From contig NC_007484.1 in the NCBI RefSeq assembly GCF_000012805.1, positions 1,230,001 through 1,262,000 of the forward strand: a stretch of 32,000 bases of DNA, in the 5' to 3' direction. Origin of the DNA: Nitrosococcus oceani ATCC 19707 (GTDB lineage: Bacteria > Pseudomonadota > Gammaproteobacteria > Nitrosococcales > Nitrosococcaceae). Positions within the stretch are counted from its first letter, which is position 1. Each line of letters starts with the position of its first letter. Positions 9,751-18,284 of the stretch are shown here, piece after piece. The notes below the pieces were generated by a model, which saw only the letters and a list, made by a program, of their open reading frames with translations, had not been told where the DNA came from and searched no databases. The position numbers and the translations under genes are program-made.

Positions 9751-10365
9751 ATGAGTGCCCCCAAAAATTTTTCCCGCTGGCGTCCTCATCCTTGGCATGG
9801 GTTGGAAACGGGCTTGTATCCACCAGAACGTGTCTATGCTTATATTGAAATCACTCCCTTTGATTTGATGAAATATGAGATCGATAAAAATACGGGCTAT
9901 CTCCGGGTTGATCGCCCTCAGCGTAGTTCTTCCCTTCCCCCCTCCCTGTATGGTTTTATTCCAAGGACCTATTGCGGAGATCTGGTGGCAAGCCTTTGTG
10001 AGGGAGCGGAGGAGGGGGATGAAGATCCCTTGGATATTTGTGTGCTCAGTGAAAGGCCCATTAATCGTTCAGAAGTAATTTTGAGTGCTAGAGTAGTAGG
10101 GGGGCTACAAACCATTGATCAAGGACAGATCGATGACAAGATTATCGCCGTACTAGAGAAAGACGATTCTTTGAATACTGCTAAGGATATTTCCGATCTT
10201 CCGGTTATCTTAATTGAACGGCTGCGCCACTATTTTTCTACCTATAAGATGATACCAGGCGAGACTTCGCTCGTTTCCCTAGGCGAAATTTATGGCCGCG
10301 AACATGCTTTCCAAGTGGTGGCCGCATCCATGGAGGATTATGCTAAAGAATATACCCGTTCATAG
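9751..10365 (+). CDS. ppa: inorganic pyrophosphatase (family I)
   Basis: PHPWHGLE...[28 protein letters not shown]...[16 protein letters not shown]...[20 protein letters not shown]. The ATG at 9751 has GAAGGAG 8-9 nt upstream. The 61 extra N-terminal codons of the track ORF (from 9568) look non-coding. Confidence 0.9.
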   Translation: MSAPKNFSRWRPHPWHGLETGLYPPERVYAYIEITPFDLMKYEIDKNTGYLRVDRPQRSSSLPPSLYGFIPRTYCGDLVASLCEGAEEGDEDPLDICVLSERPINRSEVILSARVVGGLQTIDQGQIDDKIIAVLEKDDSLNTAKDISDLPVILIERLRHYFSTYKMIPGETSLVSLGEIYGREHAFQVVAASMEDYAKEYTRS

Positions 10366-10997
10366 CTGGTGCAGACGGCTGGCTTATACAGGGACATCGT
10401 AAAAAATGCACCGCAATACCTAATTCGCCATTGCTAAAGGAAATTTTTGAAATAGTCTCTAAGCTCGATTTATACATTTTTTAGCGGATTTTCGGCTCAA
10501 CAAACTTATCCCCTATAGTAGATCGCCCAATGTTCATCGAGGTGATTTTTAAGGAGTGTTGTGCCTAATAGACATAGAGGTACAGCATCAGTATCTGAAT
10601 AAGGCTATCGGTTGCTTGTCATCCTAGAGCTATTATTCCTAAGTCATTTAGCGCCTTAATACTAGTGCGTTATGTCCACCGATCTTGCACAAATTCGAAC
10701 TAATCATATTGAGTGTTAGAGCGGTTCACCAGCTTTATTGGTAAAAAAGCGCAAGAGCAGTGAATAGCATTCCCCATTTTTCCACAAAAAATTCTTTAAA
10801 TCCTTCACTTACTGAATTAGGTGACGATAACTCGGTAAACCGTGGAGTGGCTACGGCCTTGAGACGGAGGCTAAGATCTTGGTAATTATGAGAAATAGTT
10901 ATCGGAAAAAGCCAAGCAAGGGTTAAATACTAGGAACAGAATATATAAATATTCCGATCTATACTCATAATATCAAGCTCTGTTGAGGTGAAGCATA

Positions 10998-11216
10998 ATG
11001 ATTACCGTCAATGAAAGATCTTTTGAATTAGTCCGCGAAGCGCGGGAAGAAGCCTTTAGAATGAATATTCCTGAGCAAACAATGAATATTTTTTTTATAT
11101 TTTATCTGGCTAATTACGCAGCAAAGTTAGAAAAAACGCTAAGTCACTCTATTGAAGAAAAAACTGGAGAGATGATAGAAAGAAGTAGAGAGATGTCTTT
11201 GAGATCTCCGGATTAA
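10998..11216 (+). CDS. hypothetical protein (72 aa)
   Basis: ATG preceded by GAGGTGA with ~6 nt spacing. It lies in the AT-rich islet. No recognisable family. Confidence 0.35.
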   Translation: MITVNERSFELVREAREEAFRMNIPEQTMNIFFIFYLANYAAKLEKTLSHSIEEKTGEMIERSREMSLRSPD

Positions 11217-12075
11217 CGTTTCTTTTGCCACTTCTCGTTCTACTTTCTTAGGGAAAACCTGCTGGGATTCTGCAAAGGGAGTTACGTAACATTTGATTTA
11301 TTGGCGCCCTATTGTGGAAGTATCCAAAATTATTCGCATTGCGCCACCACCAGGTGAGCGGGCGGTTTTCGAGGCAACCTGAGAGTGCGGCAATACTGTC
11401 TGACCTGCAGTCTCCGTCGAGGCGGACAGAGGCAGATATATTGATGAAAGCGAGTTTTCCCAGGATATGCTGCGCCCCATGGCGAGGCGTTCAAGGCTTT
11501 AGTGCTAAAAACTGGCAGGCCAAAGGCTTGCATCCATACAATGGCGCATTCATCGGTAAAATGTTGCTCAGCGCTGCTTTAAAGAGAAGTTAGGCCCAGA
11601 GTTTGAATATTTCTTACCAATATGAAGCCCAAAAAAGGGGGCGGGCGGGGATTTTACCACTCGGGGCCGGGACGCAGCGCCGCTGAGAGCAAGGATATAT
11701 TTTCCTGCTTATTGGCTACTGGCAGATCGATTTATTATGTGAGTTGTAAGTTTAGGGTTAATATTATTATTTTTCTCGCAAGCACCACTGATCTATGTTT
11801 CCAGTACTGACCATATAAAGACTTTGTGTCCGCCTCCCTAGTTTATGCCGATCCCTTCAACCAAATAATAGCTCCTCAAACCACATTGTCAGATCCTACC
11901 ACGCTAAAATCCCCATTTTACTCTGCATTTGCTATAAATCCCTCTCAAAAACATCCCCCTATACGAAAGACCTGCACTCTTAAGTTCTCAGTGTTGGTGC
12001 CGTTATTTTTGCCGCGCCCTGCACGCAGGGCACATGCGCTTGCATATATAAACGCATAATAATACGGCTATTATC

Positions 12076-12963
12076 ATGAAAAATAAGCTACGAACCCATT
12101 ACACTAATCTCCAGGTTATTGAAAATGCTAGCGATGCGGTAATCAAGGGTGCGTATAAGTACCTTTCTCAGAAGTGGCATCCTGATAAAAACCCAGGGTG
12201 TCGTGAGAAAGCCGAACAAATCTTGCGCATTATAAATGCGGCATACGAGGTCTTATCAGATCCTGAAAAGCGCCGAGTGCATGATGAGTGGATTTACAAG
12301 CAACGGAAAAAGCAAGAGGACGCGCAAAGTAAAAAGGAAGGAAATAAAGGGGAAAACCAAGAGCACGAACGAACACAAGAAGAAATAGAAAGGGAAAGAG
12401 CACGGCAAGAGTGTGAAAGGCAGCAAGCGGTAGCACGTGGGTACGAGAGAAGGGCAACAGGAAAAAGTTTTAACAATGTGGGAGCGACGCTAATCACCCT
12501 TGCTATATACGGTTATCTGATGCTGCAAATCGATCCTCGGCCGGGAGCGTCCTTTGGCTTCCTAGTTGGACAGTTCATCGGTGCAACTACTCCCATACTA
12601 GTTTTTGGAATGACACTAGGTCTTTTGCTGTTTGGAATGGGGCGCTTCTTCATTGGTACACGCGGGCCGAGGTATTCAACTGTGGTATTCATTAGCACTG
12701 TTCTCGTATGTGCAACCCTAGTTGGAGTACGGTATGTGGTTGGGCCTAGCCAGAAGACGTTCACCTCCACACCGTCTTCCTATGATAAATCGCTTGGAGA
12801 CTATGAAAAAAGATATCTCAAAGCCAATTCTCTGCACGCAGAGAAAATGCAAGTGCCTTTTTATACTCCGCCCATTACAAGTGCTCCAGGAAGACGCAAT
12901 TGTGAGTTTAAATCCGTTATGACAGATGAAGATTACCGGGCGTGCGAGATTACACCACCATAA
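12076..12963 (+). CDS. J-domain (DnaJ-like, HPD motif) multi-pass membrane protein
   Basis: N-terminal J domain: THYTNLQVIENASDAVIKGAYKYLSQKWHPDKNPG...INAAYEVLSDPEKRRVHDEW. A K/E/R/Q-rich linker follows. Then hydrophobic segments ATLITLAIYGYLMLQI, FGFLVGQFIGATTPILVFGMTLGLLLFGMG, VVFISTVLVCATLVGVRYVV. The soluble tail has NCEF...RACEI. Confidence 0.85.
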   Translation: MKNKLRTHYTNLQVIENASDAVIKGAYKYLSQKWHPDKNPGCREKAEQILRIINAAYEVLSDPEKRRVHDEWIYKQRKKQEDAQSKKEGNKGENQEHERTQEEIERERARQECERQQAVARGYERRATGKSFNNVGATLITLAIYGYLMLQIDPRPGASFGFLVGQFIGATTPILVFGMTLGLLLFGMGRFFIGTRGPRYSTVVFISTVLVCATLVGVRYVVGPSQKTFTSTPSSYDKSLGDYEKRYLKANSLHAEKMQVPFYTPPITSAPGRRNCEFKSVMTDEDYRACEITPP

Positions 12964-13089
12964 GCCCGTTACTCAATGAATGAAGGAGTTCTAGCTCCCG
13001 TAAAAATAACAATAAGTTACTGATAACCAATTTGAGCTCATTTCCGGATTCTTATCAAAGGGCCGCTTTAAAGCCTGCGAGGTATTAAA

Positions 13090-13674
13090 ATGAACAGTGA
13101 ATTAAAACGCCTGATCAAAATAGCTGGCACTGCTCTCGAAGCTGAAGACAGGTTTCTACGTGAAGCTATTGCGAAAAACCGAACTGCCTACCCCAGCGAA
13201 AAATGCGGAATTTTAAGAAACAACAATGAACGCTACTACCAGTTTATTATCTGGCGTGCCCTTGTATCGTCTTTTCCATTTACCGCTAGAATTGAAATTC
13301 AATCACACGATCTTGTACTTAACTATCCAGACGATGCATCTAAGTGGTTTGCAGTTATAGAAATGAAGCGGTGGATGAGTTCTACGGGTGAGGTGGAAAT
13401 TCCAGGAATTATTCGAGACATCAACGATAAACTTCGCCCTTCTCATGCTAAAAACACTCTCATGCTAATTTTCTCAGCAGGACCATCTGGCACAATAAAC
13501 ACTGAATTTGGTTGGCTATCAAAGCGGCTTGGAATTTCTCAGGTAGAGGACTGCTCCGCGTGGGAAAATTATTATTTTCCCACAGTGAATAGGGTGGGGG
13601 AAGATGTTGATTTTTGGTTAGCTGGCTACCAGGTTAACCGTGCCAATATGGCGTCGGAGAATTATGAAACTTGA
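13090..13674 (+). CDS. hypothetical protein with a PD-(D/E)xK nuclease-like core (194 aa)
   Basis: GAGGT Shine-Dalgarno 6 nt upstream of the ATG. Motif order is helix with Glu (NNERYYQFIIWRAL), strand SHDLVLNY (Asp), strand WFAVIEMKRW (E-x-K), helix IPGIIRDINDKL, strand TLMLIFSAG. The fold call is by-eye pattern matching only. Confidence 0.6.
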   Translation: MNSELKRLIKIAGTALEAEDRFLREAIAKNRTAYPSEKCGILRNNNERYYQFIIWRALVSSFPFTARIEIQSHDLVLNYPDDASKWFAVIEMKRWMSSTGEVEIPGIIRDINDKLRPSHAKNTLMLIFSAGPSGTINTEFGWLSKRLGISQVEDCSAWENYYFPTVNRVGEDVDFWLAGYQVNRANMASENYET

Positions 13675-14002
13675 AGAAGCAATAAGCATAATGAAATCAG
13701 CTTACTGATGATATAGATCCTAAAGCAGGAGAACCATTTCCGGAAGATAGCCCCTATCATTATCCCGATACTATTCGCGCTCTTTTTTTCTCTTCTTTTC
13801 GCAATAAATAACATACATGTTGATAATACTAAAAACCCACTTGCAGGCACTAGCAGATAAAATCGTATTCAGGGCGGGATAGCGAAAGTGCTAGTCCTAT
13901 AAGCTCAATCAAGTCCTGCTACGCATCAAGGACTTTCTAGGCGCTTAACAGGTTGCAAGGGGTGCAAGACCATGAAAATAGTTCTGAACGGCGTCTGATA
14001 AA

Positions 14003-14555
14003 TCAAATACCGAGTCTTATTACTGTATTTTGAACACAGAACGCCGCAAAAAATTTTAGTCCCCCACCACCTTGGGTCCCTCCCCCCAGCCTTTCAGAAA
14101 ACCACCCCCCCTTCGGATTTTGCTTTTCAGATCTACGCAGGGAAACCCAAGCACCGCAAATTTTTCCAACCCACACTAGTCCCATCCGCTTTAGATGTTC
14201 ATCCACCCGTGCCGAGAGGGTAGTGGCTTCCTGGGTGAGTTGCGGCAGCGACTCGGCGTAGCGCTTTTCCAGCTCCTTGACCCGACCAGCGAGCGCCTTG
14301 GGTGACCCGCTTCATCTCAGCGATGATTTGCGCCCCGATGGCGGTCCGTTCCCGGACAAAGTAGTGGGCGATGATAAGTATTGGGGGGATAAGGTCGGTC
14401 TTGTATTTCTTTTTATAGATGACCAGATCCAGAGTCTCCTTGGTTTTCTTGCCCCTTTTCTCCGCCAGGCGGCTGATGGTGGTGTTGATCTGGTCGCTGA
14501 TTTCCTTATTGCCCCTGAACTTGAGCATGTCGGCAAAGGGGCCGCCCGCGGGCAT
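14003..14555 (-). pseudogene. hsdM: 3'-terminal remnant of a type I restriction-modification methyltransferase gene (hsdM-like), 5'-truncated, frameshifted and internally deleted
   Basis: Two minus-strand frames read ...RGKKTKETLDLVIYKKKYKTDLIPPILIIAHYFVRERTAIGAQIIAEMKRV and then, after a frame change near 14285-14295, KALAGRVKELEKRYAESLPQLTQEATTLSARVDEHLKRMGLVW. From memory, both resemble the conserved C-terminal extension of large HsdM proteins (DLIPPxLxxARYF ... LAxRVKELExRYxxPLPxL...HLKKMG). No methylase catalytic domain is present upstream, where the tRNA-Asn gene lies instead. Confidence 0.55.
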
Positions 14556-14576
14556 AATGGTAAGCCTTTGAATTAT

Positions 14577-14652
14577 TGGCTCCCCGGGACGGGCTCGAAC
14601 CGCCGACCTAGTGATTAACAGTCACCCGCTCTACCAACTGAGCTACCGGGGA
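14577..14652 (-). tRNA. tRNA-Asn (anticodon GTT), CCA encoded
   Basis: The reverse complement reads TCCCCGGTAGCTCAGTTGGTAGAGCGGGTGACTGTTAATCACTAGGTCGGCGGTTCGAGCCCGTCCCGGGGAGCCA. It forms a cloverleaf with acceptor TCCCCGG/CCGGGGA, anticodon loop CTGTTAA and T-loop GGTTCGAGCC. Confidence 0.9.
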
Positions 14653-14717
14653 AGAATAGCTATATCCTAATAATCCTGGCCGCTTTCGTCAACTTATCAA
14701 TTTATTCCAATCGCCGC

Positions 14718-15905
14718 TTATCTCTTAAGAAAAGTGGCAATACGTTCAAGAGCCTGTTCCAGGTTCTCCATACTGGTAGCGAAAGAAAGGCGCAGATGCC
14801 CCGGCGCGCCAAAGGCTGATCCCGGTACCACGGCAACACCCGCCGTATTAAGCATACTCTCGGCAAGTTCTACGTCATCTTTAATATCCGCTCGTGAGGC
14901 GATAGCTGCTTGGAGGTTGGGGAAGGTATAAAAAGTTCCGCTTCCAGCTAAAGTTTGCACTCCAGGGATGCCGTTAAGTTGTTCGAGCACAAAATCATGG
15001 CGGTTTTTAAATTCTTGGCACATGGCCTTAACGCAAGCCTGCTCTCCCGTGATCGCTGCTTGCGCGGCTACTTGAGAAATAGAGGTAGGATTCGAGGTAC
15101 TCTGGGATTGAATGGCTTTCATTGCTTTGATGAGTGTTGGCGTGCCCGCCACATAACCAATACGCCAGCCCGTCATGGAGTAGGCTTTGGAAACACCATT
15201 AAGCACCAGGGTACGCTCATAAAGGTCGGGGCAGGCATTTAAAATGTTGCAAAAAGGCGTTTCGCCCCAATAAATATGCTCGTACATGTCATCGGTGGCG
15301 ATAAGTATTTGGGGGTGGCGGCGCAGGACTTCCCCTAGCGCGGCGAGTTCATCGCTCCTGTAAGCGGTGCCCGTCGGATTGGAGGGGCTATTGATAACCA
15401 GCAGCCGGGTAAGAGGGGTGATGGCGGCTTCTAGCTGCTCTGGGGTAATTTTGAATTCTTGCTCCTGGGGTGCGGCGATGATAACGGGTATGCCTCCTGC
15501 CAGGAGGACCATATCGGGATAAGAGACCCAATAGGGCGCTGGAATGATAACTTCATCCCCTGGATTCAGCAGGGCCTGGGCTAAATTATAGAAACTTTGC
15601 TTACCGCCCACAGAGACCAGAATCTGATTGAGTTCGTACTGGAAGCCATTTTCCCGGGAAAACTTGGTGATAATGGCCTCTTTCAGGCTGGGGATGCCGT
15701 CAACGGCAGTGTATTTGGTAAAGCCGTCTCGAATGGCTTGAATAGCCGCTTCCTTGATGTGCTCTGGTGTATCAAAATCGGGCTCGCCGGCTCCCAGACC
15801 GATAATATCTTTTCCTTCAGCCCGAAGGGCTTTGGCGCGGGCGGTGATGGCAAGGGTAGGAGAGGGCTTAATTTTTTGAACGCGGTTAGAGAGGGTGATG
15901 TCCAA
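14718..15905 (-). CDS. pyridoxal-phosphate-dependent class I aminotransferase (aspartate aminotransferase type)
   Basis: LGAGEPDFDTPEHIKEAA, YWVSYPDMV, INSPSNPTG, and VLNGVSKAYSMTGWRIGY with the PLP-lysine SKxxxMTGWR motif. Length is 395 aa. Confidence 0.95.
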   Translation of the reverse strand: MDITLSNRVQKIKPSPTLAITARAKALRAEGKDIIGLGAGEPDFDTPEHIKEAAIQAIRDGFTKYTAVDGIPSLKEAIITKFSRENGFQYELNQILVSVGGKQSFYNLAQALLNPGDEVIIPAPYWVSYPDMVLLAGGIPVIIAAPQEQEFKITPEQLEAAITPLTRLLVINSPSNPTGTAYRSDELAALGEVLRRHPQILIATDDMYEHIYWGETPFCNILNACPDLYERTLVLNGVSKAYSMTGWRIGYVAGTPTLIKAMKAIQSQSTSNPTSISQVAAQAAITGEQACVKAMCQEFKNRHDFVLEQLNGIPGVQTLAGSGTFYTFPNLQAAIASRADIKDDVELAESMLNTAGVAVVPGSAFGAPGHLRLSFATSMENLEQALERIATFLKR

Positions 15906-15997
15906 TTGGGGCCGTCCTAATTTTAAGAAAATGTTACGATAACTTTGAAGTCTAATATAGCGAATTTGTGTTTTTTCAGAAAGGCTTTAATTGAGCA

Positions 15998-18061
15998 GTG
16001 AAGGATATATTTCAACTGGTGAGTGATTATCAGCCGGCAGGGGACCAGCCGGAGGCGATAGAACGGTTGACGGAAGGTCTAGCGGCGGGGGAAATGTATC
16101 AGACCCTGCTGGGGGTTACCGGCTCGGGCAAAACCTTCACCATAGCCAATATGATCCAGCAGGTTCAGCGGCCGACTATTGTCTTGGCGCCTAATAAGAC
16201 TCTAGCAGCCCAACTCTATAGCGAGATGCGGGAATTCTTCCCCCGCAATGCAGTGGGTTACTTCGTGTCTTATTACGATTATTATCAGCCAGAGGCCTAT
16301 GTGCCAGCTTCTGATACTTATATTGGGAAAGACGCTTCGGTTAACGATCATATAGAGCAAATGCGGCTTTCCGCGACTAAGGCATTTCTGGAGCGGCCCG
16401 ATGCCATTGTGGTGGCAAGTGTCTCCGCTATCTACGGTCTTGGCGATAAGGATAGTTATCTGAATATGGTACTGCACCTTATGGTGGGTGATACGGTAGA
16501 TCATCGGGGAATATTACGCCGCTTGGCGGAGTTGCAGTATCAGCGTAACGATAGGGAACTGTACCGGGGCACCTACCGGGTGCGGGGAGAGATTATTGAT
16601 ATCTACCCTGCCGAATCGGAGCAAGAGGCTATCCGGGTAGAACTTTTTGACGATGAGATAGAGAGTCTCTCTTATTTTGATCCCTTAACAGGTGAAATAC
16701 TGCACCGAGTTTCCCGCTTGACTATTTATCCAAAGACCCACTATGTGACGCCCCGAGAGGTTCTGTTGCAAGCAGTCGATGAAATTAAGATTGAGCTTGC
16801 TGAACGATTGGAACAGCTTTATGGCGCTAATAAGCTTGTTGAAGCTCAGCGCCTAGAGCAACGGACCCGTTTCGATATCGAGATGATATTAGAGCTAGGT
16901 TACTGTACGGGCATTGAAAATTATTCCCGTTTTCTATCCCGAAGGCAGCCTGGGGAGGCGCCGCCAACCCTGTTTGATTATCTCCCCAAGAATGCTTTGC
17001 TGGTTATTGATGAAAGCCATGTGACGGTGCCCCAATTGGGCGCTATGTACCGGGGCGATCGGGCCCGTAAAGAGACCTTGGTTGAGTATGGTTTCCGCCT
17101 ACCTTCGGCCTTGGATAACCGGCCCTTAAAATTTGAGGAATGGGAACAGCTAGCACCCCAGACTATTTTTGTTTCAGCTACGCCTGGACCCTATGAACAG
17201 CAGCATTCTGGGGCTGTGATTGAACAGGTAGTACGTCCCACGGGTCTGGTTGATCCGGCGGTGGAGGTGAGGCCCGCCGGTAGTCAGGTAGATGATCTGC
17301 TCTCGGAGATCCGTCAGCGGACAGCGGCGGATGAGCGGGTGTTGGTGACGGTCCTTACCAAGCGTATGGCGGAGGATCTGACTCAGTATCTGGAGCAGCA
17401 TGAGGTTCGTGTGCGCTACCTCCATTCGGACATTGACACGGTAGAGCGGGTAGAAATTATCCGCGATCTGCGGTTAGGTAAGTTTGATGTGTTGGTGGGA
17501 ATCAACTTGCTACGGGAGGGATTGGATATTCCGGAAGTGTCTTTAGTAGCTATTTTGGATGCGGACAAGGAAGGTTTTCTCCGCTCAGAGCGATCCCTCA
17601 TTCAAACGATAGGACGGGCCGCACGCAATTTACATGGAAGAGCCATTCTTTATGGGGATAAGGTCACAGGCTCGATGGGCCGGGCCATTGCCGAGACAGA
17701 AAGACGGCGGAAAAAACAGCTTGCTTTTAACGAAACCCATCGTATTATCCCTCGTGGTATACAAAAAGCGGTGCGGGAAATCATTGATGGTGTCTATACG
17801 CCAGGCTCTGGTAAAGGCCACCGCTCCCCTGACCGGGTGGAGGAGAAAGCCGCCGAGTACACTCGCCTGCCACCTCAACAATTGGCTAAACGCCTACAAC
17901 AACTAGAGCGGCAGATGCATAAGCATGCCCAGAATTTAGAGTTTGAACAAGCCGCCCGGTTGCGCGATGAAATCAAAAGAATTAAGGGCTGGGTCTTTAA
18001 CGGAGCCGATTCCGCCTCTGCTCCGAGGCAGGAGAATTCTCAAGCGAGGGCAATTTGCTAG
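15998..18061 (+). CDS. uvrB: excinuclease ABC subunit B
   Basis: [17 protein letters not shown], Walker [13 protein letters not shown] box (VIDESHVT), and the C-terminal UVR motif [17 protein letters not shown]. The GTG start at 15998 is as in the track. Confidence 0.97.
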   Translation: MKDIFQLVSDYQPAGDQPEAIERLTEGLAAGEMYQTLLGVTGSGKTFTIANMIQQVQRPTIVLAPNKTLAAQLYSEMREFFPRNAVGYFVSYYDYYQPEAYVPASDTYIGKDASVNDHIEQMRLSATKAFLERPDAIVVASVSAIYGLGDKDSYLNMVLHLMVGDTVDHRGILRRLAELQYQRNDRELYRGTYRVRGEIIDIYPAESEQEAIRVELFDDEIESLSYFDPLTGEILHRVSRLTIYPKTHYVTPREVLLQAVDEIKIELAERLEQLYGANKLVEAQRLEQRTRFDIEMILELGYCTGIENYSRFLSRRQPGEAPPTLFDYLPKNALLVIDESHVTVPQLGAMYRGDRARKETLVEYGFRLPSALDNRPLKFEEWEQLAPQTIFVSATPGPYEQQHSGAVIEQVVRPTGLVDPAVEVRPAGSQVDDLLSEIRQRTAADERVLVTVLTKRMAEDLTQYLEQHEVRVRYLHSDIDTVERVEIIRDLRLGKFDVLVGINLLREGLDIPEVSLVAILDADKEGFLRSERSLIQTIGRAARNLHGRAILYGDKVTGSMGRAIAETERRRKKQLAFNETHRIIPRGIQKAVREIIDGVYTPGSGKGHRSPDRVEEKAAEYTRLPPQQLAKRLQQLERQMHKHAQNLEFEQAARLRDEIKRIKGWVFNGADSASAPRQENSQARAIC

Positions 18062-18127
18062 GGGGAAGGTAAACGCCGCCCGTTGCGAAACTGAGTATGC
18101 CATGGTAAATTGATCGTCTGTTTTTAC

Positions 18128-18204
18128 AGGCGCGTAGCTCAGCTGGTTAGAGCACCACCTTGACATGGTGGGGGTCGTTGGTTCGAGTCCAATCGCGCCT
18201 ACCA
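18128..18204 (+). tRNA. tRNA-Val (anticodon GAC), CCA encoded
   Basis: AGGCGCGTAGCTCAGCTGGTTAGAGCACCACCTTGACATGGTGGGGGTCGTTGGTTCGAGTCCAATCGCGCCTACCA, with acceptor AGGCGCG/CGCGCCT and anticodon loop TTGACAT. Confidence 0.9.
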
Positions 18205-18214
18205 TTACACTTGC

Positions 18215-18243
18215 AAGGCACTGCGACGGTGGTGCCTTTTGTT
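18215..18243 (+). terminator. hairpin plus T-run after tRNA-Val (in the thrS leader)
   Basis: AAGGCAC-(10 nt)-GTGCCTT followed by TTTTGTT, 42 nt upstream of the thrS ATG. Confidence 0.5.
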
Positions 18244-18284
18244 CAACCGGCCTCTTGTATGGGCCATGAACAGGATTTTATCAC

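Noticed and set aside
11667-11674. A possible distal att repeat of tRNA-Asn (CCGGGACG, shared with 14584-14591).
   Set aside because: It is only an 8-mer with weak flanking similarity. A match of this length is expected by chance in a few kb, so it is not evidence for an island boundary.
11622-12059. ORFs 11622-11810 and 11826-12059 upstream of the J-domain gene.
   Set aside because: They have odd composition (Gly/Arg run, then Pro/Ser/Thr-rich), no SD and a non-ATG start for the second. They are more likely non-coding or promoter region of the islet.
13662-13850. A 62-aa hydrophobic minus-strand ORF (GTG start) convergent with and overlapping the end of the PD-(D/E)xK-like gene. I considered it as a small membrane toxin or immunity peptide.
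   Set aside because: It has no SD and is an AT-rich, low-complexity hydrophobic translation of the kind expected by chance in AT-rich DNA. It overlaps the neighbouring CDS. It would only be worth revisiting if conserved next to homologues of the pair.
14277-14618. Plus-strand ORF 14277-14618. Also ORFs 17936-18205 (-) and 31522-31794 (+).
   Set aside because: Each runs through a tRNA gene (Asn, Val and Gly respectively) or is antisense to the hsdM fossil. They are artefacts of GC-rich structured RNA sequence.
15906-15997. I looked for a LexA/SOS box (CTGT-N8-ACAG) in the aminotransferase-uvrB divergent promoter region.
   Set aside because: No match to the gammaproteobacterial consensus is visible. 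I cannot say anything about SOS control from the sequence.
18205-18284. I considered whether the hairpin in the thrS leader mimics the tRNA-Thr anticodon arm, as in the E. coli thrS translational operator.
   Set aside because: The loop does not present a 7-nt anticodon-like loop with NGU. With its T-run, it is more simply the terminator of the upstream tRNA-Val.
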